A stretch of 64,000 nucleotides of DNA. It comes from Podarcis melisellensis. Lineage: Eukaryota. Positions within the stretch are counted from its first letter, which is position 1, and every line of letters starts with the position of its first letter. A model generated the notes under the pieces. It made no database searches. It saw nothing but the letters and a program-made list of their open reading frames with translations, and had not been told where the DNA came from. Positions 26,790-37,414 of the stretch are shown here, piece after piece. The position numbers were made by a program, and so were the translations under genes. The stretch lies in the NCBI GenBank assembly GCA_964234715.1, contig OZ174281.1; one strand, given 5' to 3'.

Positions 26790-28119
26790 ATGCGGGTCGG
26801 GGCTACTGATTCTTCTAGACCTGTCAGCAGCCTTCGACATGGTCGATCACGAACTCCTGGACCACCGCCTTGCCGACGTGGGGATCCAGGGCACAGTCCT
26901 TCAATGGCTGCGCTCGTTTCTCTCTGGTCGGGGACAGAGGGTGGCGCTTGGGGGGGGAATTGTCATCCCGCCACTCCTTGGTGTGTGGTGTGCCCCAGGG
27001 TGCAATACTCTCCCCGATGCTTTTTAACATCTTTATGCACCCCCTCGCCCAGCTTGTCCGGAGTTTTGGGCTGGGCTGCCATCAGTATGCTGATGACACC
27101 CAACTCTATCTGTTGATGGACGGCCACCCGGACTTGGCCCCAGACACACTGATCAGATGCTTGGAGGCTGTGGCTGGATGGTTACGTGGGAGCCGGTTGA
27201 AGTTAAATCTTTTGAAGACAGAGGTCCTCTGGCTGGGACGGGACGACATGGGACTGAGGGGGCAACTCCCATCTCTTGTGGGGGTGCAATTAGTGCCAGC
27301 ACCGTCCGTTAAGAGTTTGGGTGTAATCTTCGATACCTCCCTCTCCATGGAGGCGCAGATTGCAGCTATAACAAAGGCGGCGTTTTTTCATCTCTGCCAA
27401 GCTAAGCAGTTGGCTCCTTACCTCTCTCGCCCTGACCTAGCCACTGTGATCCACGCGATGGTCACCTCCAGACTGGATTATTGTAACTCGCTCTACGTGG
27501 GGCTGCCCTTGAGACTGACCCAGAAACTCCAGCGGGTGCAGAATGCCGCAGCGAGACTCCTTACGGGGTCTTCGCTTAGAGATCACATTCATCCGGTGCT
27601 ATACCAGCTGCACTGGCTCCCGGTGGAGTACAGGATCAGGTTTAAGGTGCTGGTTTTAACCTTCAAAGCCCTATACGGCCTAGGGCCCTCGTACCTACGG
27701 AACCGCCTCTCCTGGTATGCCCCACAGAGGAACCTACGGTCTTCAAATAAAAACACCTTGAAGGTCCCAAGCCACAGAGAGGTTAGGCTGGCCTCAACTA
27801 GAGCCAGGGCTTTTTCGGCTGCGGCTCCAACCTGGTGGAACGCTCTGTCACAAGAGACAAGGGCCCTCCAGGACTTGACATCTTTCCGCAGGGCCTGCAA
27901 GACAGACCTGTTCCACCTGGCCTTTGGTCAGGGCGCAGCCTGACTCCCTCATTTGGCAATCTTTACAAAACTTTAGTCTATGGCTGCCATCAATTTTGAT
28001 TTTAATTCATTTTTATAATGTTTTATAATGTTGTACTGTTTTAGTGTTGTTAGCCGCACTGAGCCCGGCTTCGGCTGGGGAGGGCGGGATATAAATAAAA
28101 CTTATTATTATTATTATTA
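26790..28119 (+). mobile_element. Young 5'-truncated L2 LINE (RT C-terminal half + 3' UTR), antisense in TAF4B intron 1
   Basis: LLDLSAAFDMVDH, GVPQGAILSPMLFNI, YADD, SRLDYCNSL, HWLPV motifs. One frameshift in the G-run near 26950-26957. (TTA)n tail. Confidence 0.93.
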
Positions 28120-31100
28120 ATCAGAATGATTTGTTTTAAATGTACTAATACTATCAGCATTATGGAAGAGGCATTATTCCCTAGTAGAAGGGGATGATTC
28201 TTCCACGATAATGACTACTATAGCTCATGCTTGCATCTAAAAAAAATTGCTTCAAAAAATAGAGAGTGCATGTGTTAATTAGGTAATTGTCCTAGTCCTC
28301 ACATAAGTCACTTCTAATGCCAAAGCACAGTAAGTAGATTTCATCCTATGCTATCCCTAGAGATGCATGTACAGGTTCTTACTTGTCTGCCACTCTTTGG
28401 ATTATTTTTTTTAAGACACAGAGGGAGACTGCAGATGCATAAATTCATGCTCCAATTTAAACTGTTGTATAAAGCATGACAAAATCTGGAAACCATCAGC
28501 ACAGTTGGGTTATGTAATTGCATTTTGTCTAGAATAAAGGAAATCACTGTGGCAGACAGGCAAAGGTAGAGAGAAGGACAAACAAGCTTTGCCTACGTTT
28601 GTCCATTGAGGCTGAGCATTCAAGGATGTCTCGCTCATGTGGGTTGCAATATCAGCTACTGTTTTTCAAAGCAGTGCAATCTTAGTAAGAAAAACAAAAA
28701 ATATTATGGCTATGTCCAACAGCGATGTGGGACTTTTTGGAAAATTTTGAATTAGATGATGTCTCATCACCCTAAATTGACGGTTTGATGTATCACGCTT
28801 AACTACATTATTTAAAAAGAAGAAAAAAGGAGCTCCGTGTTAATTTAACATGCTGTATAAAAACCTCAACTCTTTCTAGCAGCTCAAAATAGATAAATAG
28901 AAATATTTGATTAAGAACACGTTATGTTTCAATAAAAATAATGAAAGAGAGCTTTGACTGTATTTAAATGCTTGCAAACACTATTCTATAGCAGCCGCTA
29001 ATCCCTGGAACTCCCTTCCATAGGAAAGCCATATGGTACATTGCTTGATTTTTTAGGAGGGCAGTTAATTTTTTTCCTGTTTAGACCAGCTCTTGCATCC
29101 CTCATTATTTGGGGTGCTGTGAATTTCTGTACACATGGGATTTTGTTTCTTCTCCTTCCCTAATGCACCCCCGCAAAAAAAAAAAATCTGCTCTGGAGGG
29201 TCACCCAAACCCTCTAGAGCTGATTTTGAGGGTGTCAATTGCATGTACATTGAGAAGTTCAATTGCATGTACAGAAGTCTGAGTGAGCAGATATGCAGCT
29301 TTTGATACAGCTTCAAAATATTTTAAGATGTTACAATTCACACACTTTAGACTTGAGGGGAAAAATTAAGGTGTCGAAAACTATTAAATACTCATTTTAG
29401 CATGCTAGATACTCAATGCATAAGTAATTGTGTTTTCTTGGGAACAGTCATAAGAAATTATGACTTTGGTTGCACATTTTACTAGCATTATTATTCATTC
29501 TAGCTGCCTAGCTCAGCATGTATTTTTTTCATGCAGGCAATCCCATGAAACAATGAATTTCTAAAACTGAAAACATTATGTACAAAAATATGGTAGTGAT
29601 ATCTTTTCCAGTAAATTCTTCCTATCACTGATGCCTTCAGTAATGCTCAGATGTTGTCAGGGAAGACACACTACAGGTTGCCTTGATGTAACAAGTCATC
29701 CTTAACACAGCTAGCAGCATGGACCAACAGCAACAATTAATACTTGGATAATATGGTAAGGTACATTTTTCAACTTGTTACTTGCTCTGGGCCTGCAGCC
29801 ACTCTGTCAGTCAATGGCACTCATGGCAAGTAATGTTTGTTGTGGCAAAGTTTGTGTGTGACCAACAATAGCCCTGCCACCACTATGCAGGAGTTTTTTC
29901 TGCCACTAGTGTTAAAATGTATATGAAACAAATGAGGAGGAAATAATCTGCAGCTGCTCTGGAGTCTACCAACCTGTGACCTTCCTTCAACAGATACATT
30001 GGCACAGATTCAAAATTAGGGCAGGAAAATCAGTGCATTGCCATGTTTCCTCAAAAAGACAAGCAGCACCATGAGATATAGATAACTACCAACTCCAAGG
30101 TCACCCACACTCAGTTTGAACTGCAGGATCTCCTAGGATGATCACTCCCTTTCATGCATACCAAGGGAGCAATGAATAAGACTGAAACTTATCAATTTGC
30201 TCCTGATTTCATGACATATGTTGTTGGTGACAAGAAGAGCAATGTCTGAACAGGCCCCTGCAGTGGCACTCCTGCCAGGGTTGCTAATTAGATAACTATT
30301 TTCGTATTGTCACATTTGCTACACAGAAATTCTGCCATACCAAAGTCTAACAGCTAATATTTAAGTTTGTTCCAACTCCTAATATTCTCTCATTTTAACA
30401 CCTGCCACCTGCACCTGTCAAGTAATGAAGAAGTCTGGGTAAATGAGAGTAATATCAATTTCTCAAAAAGGTAGAACTTTAATTAGAAAAATATGATACC
30501 AATTCAAAGCTGAAGCTAGCGTCAAATCACATTTTAATAGCACAAGATATCAAAACTTCGACATTAAAAGCTTGGGTGTCAAAACGTTTTGAAAAACTTT
30601 TGCAAGTATATTAGAGAAGGAAACTAAGCCTACCTCAGGCAGGCAAAAAAGTTCATGTCAGTTTATTATATGTGGCACAAGCATAACTTAGATGAGCAAT
30701 TTAGCAACAGTTCAATGGAATCATTTCACGCAAATATGCAGTTGTGGGAACTTTTAAGTCACTGATCTGCAATTAGAAAGTGAAACTAAGGGGATTACAA
30801 TACTAACTTTCTCCCTTTACTTCTACAATAGTCTATGTCACACTTCTAGAACATAAAAACGTTCACTTAATATTGAATCGGAGTGTTTCCATATAAAGAC
30901 TTAATGCTGTGAACCATACAGTACAGATACTGCAGATGGGTTGCTGGAAACTTTGTTTTTAAAAGTCCTATCTGATTTTCCCAAGGAATCTGCATTGAAT
31001 GGGGGGGGGAGGCAGAGATACAGGCTGGCATTTTGGTGCCAACAACATTCAGTGGGCAGGTGCTGAGAAGGGGTGATGAAGGCTACTCCATCCCCACAAT

Positions 31101-31339
31101 AAACACCATTTAACCTGCTCAGCACTCTGCAGAGTTTGAACAGGAGTCCCATGTCGTTGTCCCCACTCCCACCCCGATAGCAGAAATTGAAGCTGGGACC
31201 GTCTGCATGAGAATCAGTTCTTTGCCATGAAGCAATCGTCCCTGCTCTCATGTTTAGAAGGCACATCCCACCACGATGCCCACAACTCGCCACTAGTCCC
31301 CTGATGACTTGACCCGTTAGCTGAAAACAAAACAAAACT

Positions 31340-32370
31340 TGGCGGCGCCTGGCCTCATCCAACAGGAGCGCTGCCAGGAAAGGGAGAAGGCAACTCACCC
31401 GGCGGGATCTGGAAGTTCGCAGGTAGCTGTATCGTCACCGTCTGCGGGGCTTTGGGGGCTCCGGGCTGAGGGGCCGGCAGCCTGGTCCCCGCGCCGGGCG
31501 TCTTGGGGAGCTGCTGAGCCGGAGGCGCCCCTTTGCCCGCCGCGGGAGCGGACGCCGCTCGGGGCTGCTGGGCGACGGGAGGAGGGACTCTGCTGAGGGG
31601 AACTTCGGCGCTCAAGGCGACCGCCGCGGCGGGCGGCGCCGTGCTGTGGGCGCGCAGCGCAGCCGGGGCCTCGCGGAATCCCCCGGTCCCATTCAAGGCG
31701 GCGGCGGTGGTGGCGGGGCCGGCCGCCAAGGCAGCGAGCTCAGGAGACCCGGAGGGCAGGACCCTCCCCGGCGCGGCTGCTCCCGGGGTCGTCATGGAGG
31801 AGAGGGCGCGCGGCGGAAAGTGCGGGAGCCTTGCGGAGACTCCGAGCGAGTCCACAGCATAGCAGCCTCCGAGGGAGCCGGCGAAGCTTCCGCAGCTGAC
31901 GATGCGGCAAAAGCAGCGGCGGCAGAGTCCCCAGCGAAACAAGCTGCCTCAGAGGCTGCACCGCTCGCGGACCAAGCACGAGTTAGGGGCACGGCTGCAG
32001 AAAACACATGGTCACGCAGCCGCTGCCGGCTTCTCCTCCTCAGAGGCGCGCACGTGTAGCGCCAGGCACTTCTCGCCTGGAGCAGAAGGCTCCAGCCAGG
32101 ACAGCGGCGCACGCGAGCCGGCAACGCCCTACGGAGCCCCGCGCCGCCTCCAAGACCCGCCCCGAGGAACAGCCCCCAAGCGGCTCCGCTCTCCGTTAGC
32201 CATGTTTATATAGCCACGCGGGGCTCCCCGGCGCACGCGCCCTGGCTCTCCTGGCGGCTCATTGGCTACACCGGGCAACCTCGGCTGGGCGGCGTCACGC
32301 AGAGAGCACGGCCCCCCGCGCCGCTGAAGAACGCCGGAGGCGGAAAGTTATTGGGGAAATCGAACGCACT
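31340..32370. promoter_or_regulatory. TAF4B CpG island, probable bidirectional promoter
   Basis: Very GC- and CpG-rich. Minus-strand TATATAAA at 32212-32205, CCAAT at 32265-32261, NRF1-like GCGCACGCGC 32231-32240, GGGCGG and CRE half-site near 32287-32297, MYB-like TAACGG near 32193-32198. Confidence 0.85.
31399..31795 (-). CDS. TAF4B: TAF4B coding exon 1 (MTTPGAAAPG...RLPAPQPGAPKAPQTVTIQLPANFQIPPG)
   Basis: ATG at 31795-31793 in a CpG island. C-terminal part matches TAF4B RLPAPQ..TTIQFPANLQLPPG. Donor G|GTGAGT at 31398, phase 1. Confidence 0.88.
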
Positions 32371-32436
32371 TGGTGGTTTTCTCTCTCTTACACCCAAACA
32401 CACTCACTCACCGAAGGCGCACGTTGCATCGAAGAA

Positions 32437-32999
32437 GTAAGTGGAGTTGGTAATGCCAACAGAATGCCTATAATTTAGGGATTTGTCCTTTTAAAATGTT
32501 TGCTTTGGGGTGGTGTTTTCTTTAAATTGATATTACTTGGGGAGTCAGCGCAGTGCTCATCCACAGGCACCCCTGCAGCCTTGTAAATAAGCACCCCGAA
32601 AGTTACTAGCATGCAAAGAGGAAGAAGCTTTTGGAGGAGTGAATAACACAGCAGCGTGCTGTTTTTCCGTAAAGAGTGCAGAGGAAGGAAATGGAGCTCT
32701 AACCTTCCACCACCCACCTGCTCACTTTTCTGCATAAAATTTCCTGCACTGAGCTGCATGCATTTCCTTGTTACTTACGGCTTCCAGGCTAGTGGTTCAA
32801 TACAAGTCTACTGTGTTAGGGCTAACTTTTACCAGTTGAAACTCCCATTAAGCATTTTAGAACATTGCCAATTCTGTGTCTGTGGTTCATGCTGTTCATC
32901 ATCTTAATGCAGACCCAGTGTGTTAGTAATTTAATCCTTAAATATTTCCTACTACTATAATTGGTTAACACAATCTAGCATTTTTCTGCTTATCTGCAG
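32437..32999 (+). other. Putative 5' UTR intron joining the TAF4B CpG island to the MCTS1 retrogene
   Basis: GAA|GTAAGT donor at 32437. Branch-like TTAAC 32965-32969, pyrimidine tract TTTTTCTGCTTATCTGCAG ending at 32999. Confidence 0.5.
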
Positions 33000-33015
33000 C
33001 TGCCAATTCCTAATC

Positions 33016-33831
33016 AACAAGTAGAAATCGTGGCTTGGGCTTGAGAGTGGGAACAGGGCCTGCGTGGGAGCTGCTGCTGCTGCTGCTGCTGTCAGTCGCT
33101 GGCCTTCCAGGCCCTCAGTTCTTGGGGCTCTCGCGGAAACCCCAGCAAGATGTTCAAAAAATTTGATGAAAAGGAGAATGTGTCCAACTGCATCCAGCTA
33201 AAAACGTCAGTTATTAAAGGCATTAAGAACCAGCTGATAGACCAGTTTCCTGGCATCGAACCGTGGCTAAACCAAATTATGCCAAAGAAAGACCCTGTGA
33301 AGATAGTACGTTGTCATGAACATATAGAAATCCTCACAGTAAATGGAGAATTGTTGTTCTTCAGGCAAAGGGAAGGACCATTTTATCCCACGCTCAGATT
33401 ACTTCATAAATATCCATTCATTCTACCACATCAACAAGTTGATAAAGGAGCCATTAAATTTGTACTTAGTGGAGCAAATATCATGTGCCCTGGTCTGACG
33501 TCTCCAGGAGCTAAACTTTATCCTGCTGCTGCTGATACAATCATGGCAATAATGGCCGAAGGAAAGCAACATGCCCTGTGTGTTGGAGTCATGAAGATGT
33601 CGGCAGAGGATATTGAGAAGGTCAACAAAGGAATTGGCATTGAGAATATCCACTATTTAAATGATGGTCTCTGGCATATGAAGACATATAAGTGAAGAAG
33701 CAGGAAGAATCCATTGGATTTCAGCTGGGCCTGTTTTTAATTCTTCTTATAAAATGTGTGGCTAAATGTAAAATTTGTGGTGATGCTAAATAAATCAAAT
33801 GAATGCTGGGGGGGGGGAAACAAGTAGAAAT
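33016..33831 (+). other. Processed-mRNA insertion boundaries: TSD AACAAGTAGAAAT at 33016-33028 and 33819-33831
   Basis: Identical 13-mer on both sides of 5'UTR+CDS+3'UTR. Tail position occupied by G10 (33808-33817). Confidence 0.88.
33150..33695 (+). CDS. MCTS1: Intronless MCTS1 (MCT-1, PUA-domain translation reinitiation/recycling factor) retrogene, intact 181 aa
   Basis: Full-length [26 protein letters not shown]...[11 protein letters not shown] with no introns, stops or frameshifts. A at -3 (AAGATG). AATAAA at 33789-33794. Flanked by a 13-bp direct repeat. Confidence 0.95.
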   Translation: MFKKFDEKENVSNCIQLKTSVIKGIKNQLIDQFPGIEPWLNQIMPKKDPVKIVRCHEHIEILTVNGELLFFRQREGPFYPTLRLLHKYPFILPHQQVDKGAIKFVLSGANIMCPGLTSPGAKLYPAAADTIMAIMAEGKQHALCVGVMKMSAEDIEKVNKGIGIENIHYLNDGLWHMKTYK

Positions 33832-34878
33832 GGCATGTAAATAAAAGTTTGCTTCATCAAACAACTTTAGTAATTCTTCAAAAGAATTGCTGTTATTGTG
33901 TTCAGATGATACTGTATGCTGTTTAATTTATATTCTCCTGCTGAATTGAAATTCAGTATATTGTTTTCCATCTGTCTGAAGTGTTCAAGACTGGTGAATT
34001 CCCTTTCAACAATATGAGTCCCTTGGTCTGAGCTACTCAGGAAAAGCAATTACAATATAATTGTAGGTGTTTTCTCCCCCTCTTCGCTTGTGCAGTGCAC
34101 CTAAATTCTTTTTAATGAGAAAAAAACAAGACATACAAGTTTTATGCAGCTTTGGGACATCATGAACATGTCACAGTTAACTATTCAATTATTGAAAATG
34201 GAATTGGAATCAAGCACCAAATATTGAGAAGTGTAAGTAAACCGTATCATGATCATTTTTTTAGGTTTGTGTAAGAAGCTTGGGTTTTACATGTTGCTTT
34301 GTCCAACAGAAATATAAAGGTTATAAGAAATAGGGACTCTCTTAAAATGCAAGCAATAAGCCAACCTGTAAGTGAATTGACAAATCCAATTTAGTTGCTT
34401 TTGCTGTATGAATTTTTTATAAGACTACCCATGCTCCTTAGAGAGTTTGAAAAATTATGACATCCATTTAATGGTGATTCCTAGGGAATATTCATGCAAC
34501 TATTTTTTTGAAGATACACAGGCTTCATCTGGTCTTCAAGCCCCCCCCCCCCAAATCTATTTCTCCTCCAACCCACACCTCATGGGGCTGCCTTTAAAGA
34601 CAGTTCAGAAGCTTTTGCTGGTACAGAATGCAACAGCCCAGGGATTGGCAAGAGCCAAATTGGGCATGGGGAACCTGTGGCTCTCCAGATCTTTCTGAAC
34701 TGCAGCTCTTGTCATCCGGGTCCATTGGCAATGAGGTCTGGGGCCAATGAGAGTTGGAGTCCAACAACATCTGAAATGCCACGGGTTCCGCATTCTTGGG
34801 CTAAATGGTGCCTGCACTGATAACCTCAAGGCTTGATTACCATAATGTTCTTTGTGTGGGGCTACCCATGTATTTCAG

Positions 34879-35225
34879 AGGGACGCGGGTGGTGCTGTGG
34901 GTTAAACCACAGAGCCTAGGGCTTGCCGATCAGAAGGTTGGTGGTTCAAATCCCCACGACGGGGTGAGCTCCCGTTGCTCAGTCACAGCTCCTGCCAACC
35001 TAGCAGTTCGAAAGCACGTCAAAGTGTAAGTAGATAAATAGGTACCACTCCGGTGGGAAGGTAAACGGCGTTTCTGTGCACTGCTCTGGTTTGCCAGAAG
35101 CAGCTTAGTCATGCTGGCCACATGACCCAGAAGCTGTACACTGGCTCCCTTGGCCAATAAAGCGAGATGAGCGCCACAACCCCAGAGTCGGTCACGACTG
35201 GACCTAACAGTCGGGGTCCCTTTAC
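34879..35225 (+). mobile_element. Sauria SINE inserted into an old L2 fragment, 16-bp TSD
   Basis: TSD CTACCC(A/G)TGTATTTCA at 34862-34877 and 35226-35241. L2 peptide ALITSRLDYHNVLCVGLP continues after the SINE as QKL.LERNAAASLLTG. Confidence 0.88.
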
Positions 35226-36794
35226 CTACCCGTGTATTTCAACCAGAAGCTTTAACTAGAGCGGAATGCAGCAGCCAGTCTGCTTACGGGAGCAGATTAC
35301 TGGCAACAAGTTACCCCATTATATTATTGCTCTGTATTAAGGTTCTCCAAGACAACTGCCTTGCAACAGTCCCCCCCCCCACTTCTCCAGTACTGGAAAC
35401 AGCATGGATTGCTGTGGTAAATTTCTGTTTGATTCCTCTAAATCACCAGGCCCATACAAAATGAATGTGATCATGTCCAAAGTTTATAAGACTAAGGACG
35501 CCGGTGTGCAACAGCCTTTGCCAACCTCATGCCCTCCAGCAATTTTTGAATATTTTTTATCAGTCTCATCCTTTATAGCCATGTTGGCTGAGGCAGATGG
35601 CAGCTGTGAGCGTCATGAGGGCAGCAGATTGAGGAAGGCTGTTGTGCACCAAGCAAAAATTATTAAATGAAACTTCTCATCATCTTTCCTCACCTTACCG
35701 CCGTTAAGTTAGTATGCTTGTTCAGAGGATAGTAATACATTCTGAGGAAATATATATAATAAAATGGCCAATTGTATCTTTTATTAGGATCTTTTGATCC
35801 TAAGAGCTCTCAGGGTGCAATCCTATATACACTTATCTTGGATTAAGGCCTGTTGAACTCAGCAGGGCTTCCTTCTGAGTAGATCCATGTAGGATTGTAG
35901 TGCACTTTACCTTGAGCTCAGTGGGAGTTACTTCCAAGTAAAAGTGATTAGGATCAGACTGAACATTACGTAGATCTATGGCCAGACTTGTCTCAGTTCA
36001 GAAGAACCAAAATTATTGACTGCATGAAGAAAAACAAGCAAATTGACACAGAAGCGGATGCTACTCACAGCTTGTATTAACAAAATAGTTTACATGCTTC
36101 AAGTGAGGAAACTGCTCCCCTCCCCTAAAAATTCTGTGTATGTGCCATATTTTTCCATTTAATTTTCTTATGCCTTGAGTATATCTTTCCCACTGTGGCA
36201 GATGCACAGAAGCAATCATGAGAGCTGCAGTATGTTTTCCCTGAAATATTAATTGTAAAAACTATTCTTCAGAATTGTATGTTAACAAAACTGATTGTCA
36301 CACTGTGGAAATTAGGATGGTAATTTCCCCCTAAATAATACACAAAATTATGTTTTCATATGCTTTCCCAGAACCCTTTCATACCCATAATGTTCTCAAT
36401 ATGGGGCTTCTTACAGTATATTATAAATTAGCATCAATTACTATAGCTCACAGCATTGTCAGTCTAGAGACAGAGACAACAGAAGTCACATAACGTTGTA
36501 CCACCAGATGCTAGGGGACACCTTGTGCACTTCATGAATTTTCAATTGAAAGGCACAGTTGCCAGTTAGAATAATTTATATCAATTCTATACAGGTGTAG
36601 TTTGTTTAGCTCCTATTTAGCCAATCACTCATAACCATAATAGCTGGTTTTGTTGCACCAAAGCAAATGCTTGGGTTTCCTGTTGTTGTTTTGCCACACT
36701 GTGAAACCTAATATACAACTGATACATGATTTGAGGTGGAGAAAGCAAGTAAGTTTTATAGGGGTTATTGGCTGATTCCTAACTGGTCCCAAGA

Positions 36795-37414
36795 CAGGAG
36801 CAAGCTAGCAGTAAATCACACCAAGAAAGTTGGAGTTAACTCATTATTATCAAAAACAGGATCTACACAGGAGTGTCAGACCTAATGAGCATAGCAACTC
36901 ATTTCTGGCGGGACTTGCCCCCATGAAGCAGTTGCAGAGACTGCAAGTTCCCGCCTCCCCGCAGCTGCCTAAGTCCCCTCCTCTCCAGGGTTTTCCCCAA
37001 GCAATCTGACACAGCAACTGTGTGTAGCTAACATCTCCTCCACCCTTTTCATAACTCTCCTGGTTCTGGGAGACATGCGGGGGGGGGGGGGGCAGAAGAG
37101 GAAGTTGTTGCAGCAGGAGGGGAAGACACTCATGCCTCTTCAACAGTTGGACTCTGCCTCTTGACCTCCCTCCTCTCCTGCTTCAGCTTCTGCCTCTTCT
37201 TCTGGCCTCCTCTCTGCCACAGGCTCCCCCAGCTCACTAAGCCCTGTTACCCCTTCAGCTTCTGACACCTCCTCCTCCCAGGCTTCTTCCTCTTCTCTCT
37301 CTGACCACCGATTGTCATCCCAGCACCAATCCCCGGACTCTGAACCTTCTTCCTTTTGGGGGTTCCCCAGCTGGTTCCTCCCACCATTCCTCTTTATCCA
37401 ACCAGCCCATGATA
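36795..37414 (-). mobile_element. Probable solo LTR or LTR-like interspersed repeat
   Basis: Begins T(A/G)TCATGGGCTGGTTGG on the minus strand, purine-rich GAG-rich body, AATAA-like signal near its 3' end. Composition differs sharply from flanks. Confidence 0.4.

Noticed and set aside
26870-27943. 357-aa reverse-transcriptase ORF as a host gene
   Set aside because: It is the 3' part of a truncated, frameshifted L2 LINE.
31796-31942. In-frame N-terminal extension of TAF4B in ORF 31355..31942
   Set aside because: Starts at TTG and has no similarity to TAF4B. The first in-frame ATG is at 31795. Open frames are common in GC-rich leaders.
33867-34049. Faint resemblance (LQTDGKQYTEF, LLKNY) to proteasome alpha-4 motifs as a PSMA8 relic
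   Set aside because: Only a few residues match, in the wrong order and frame, with no splice support. Consistent with chance.
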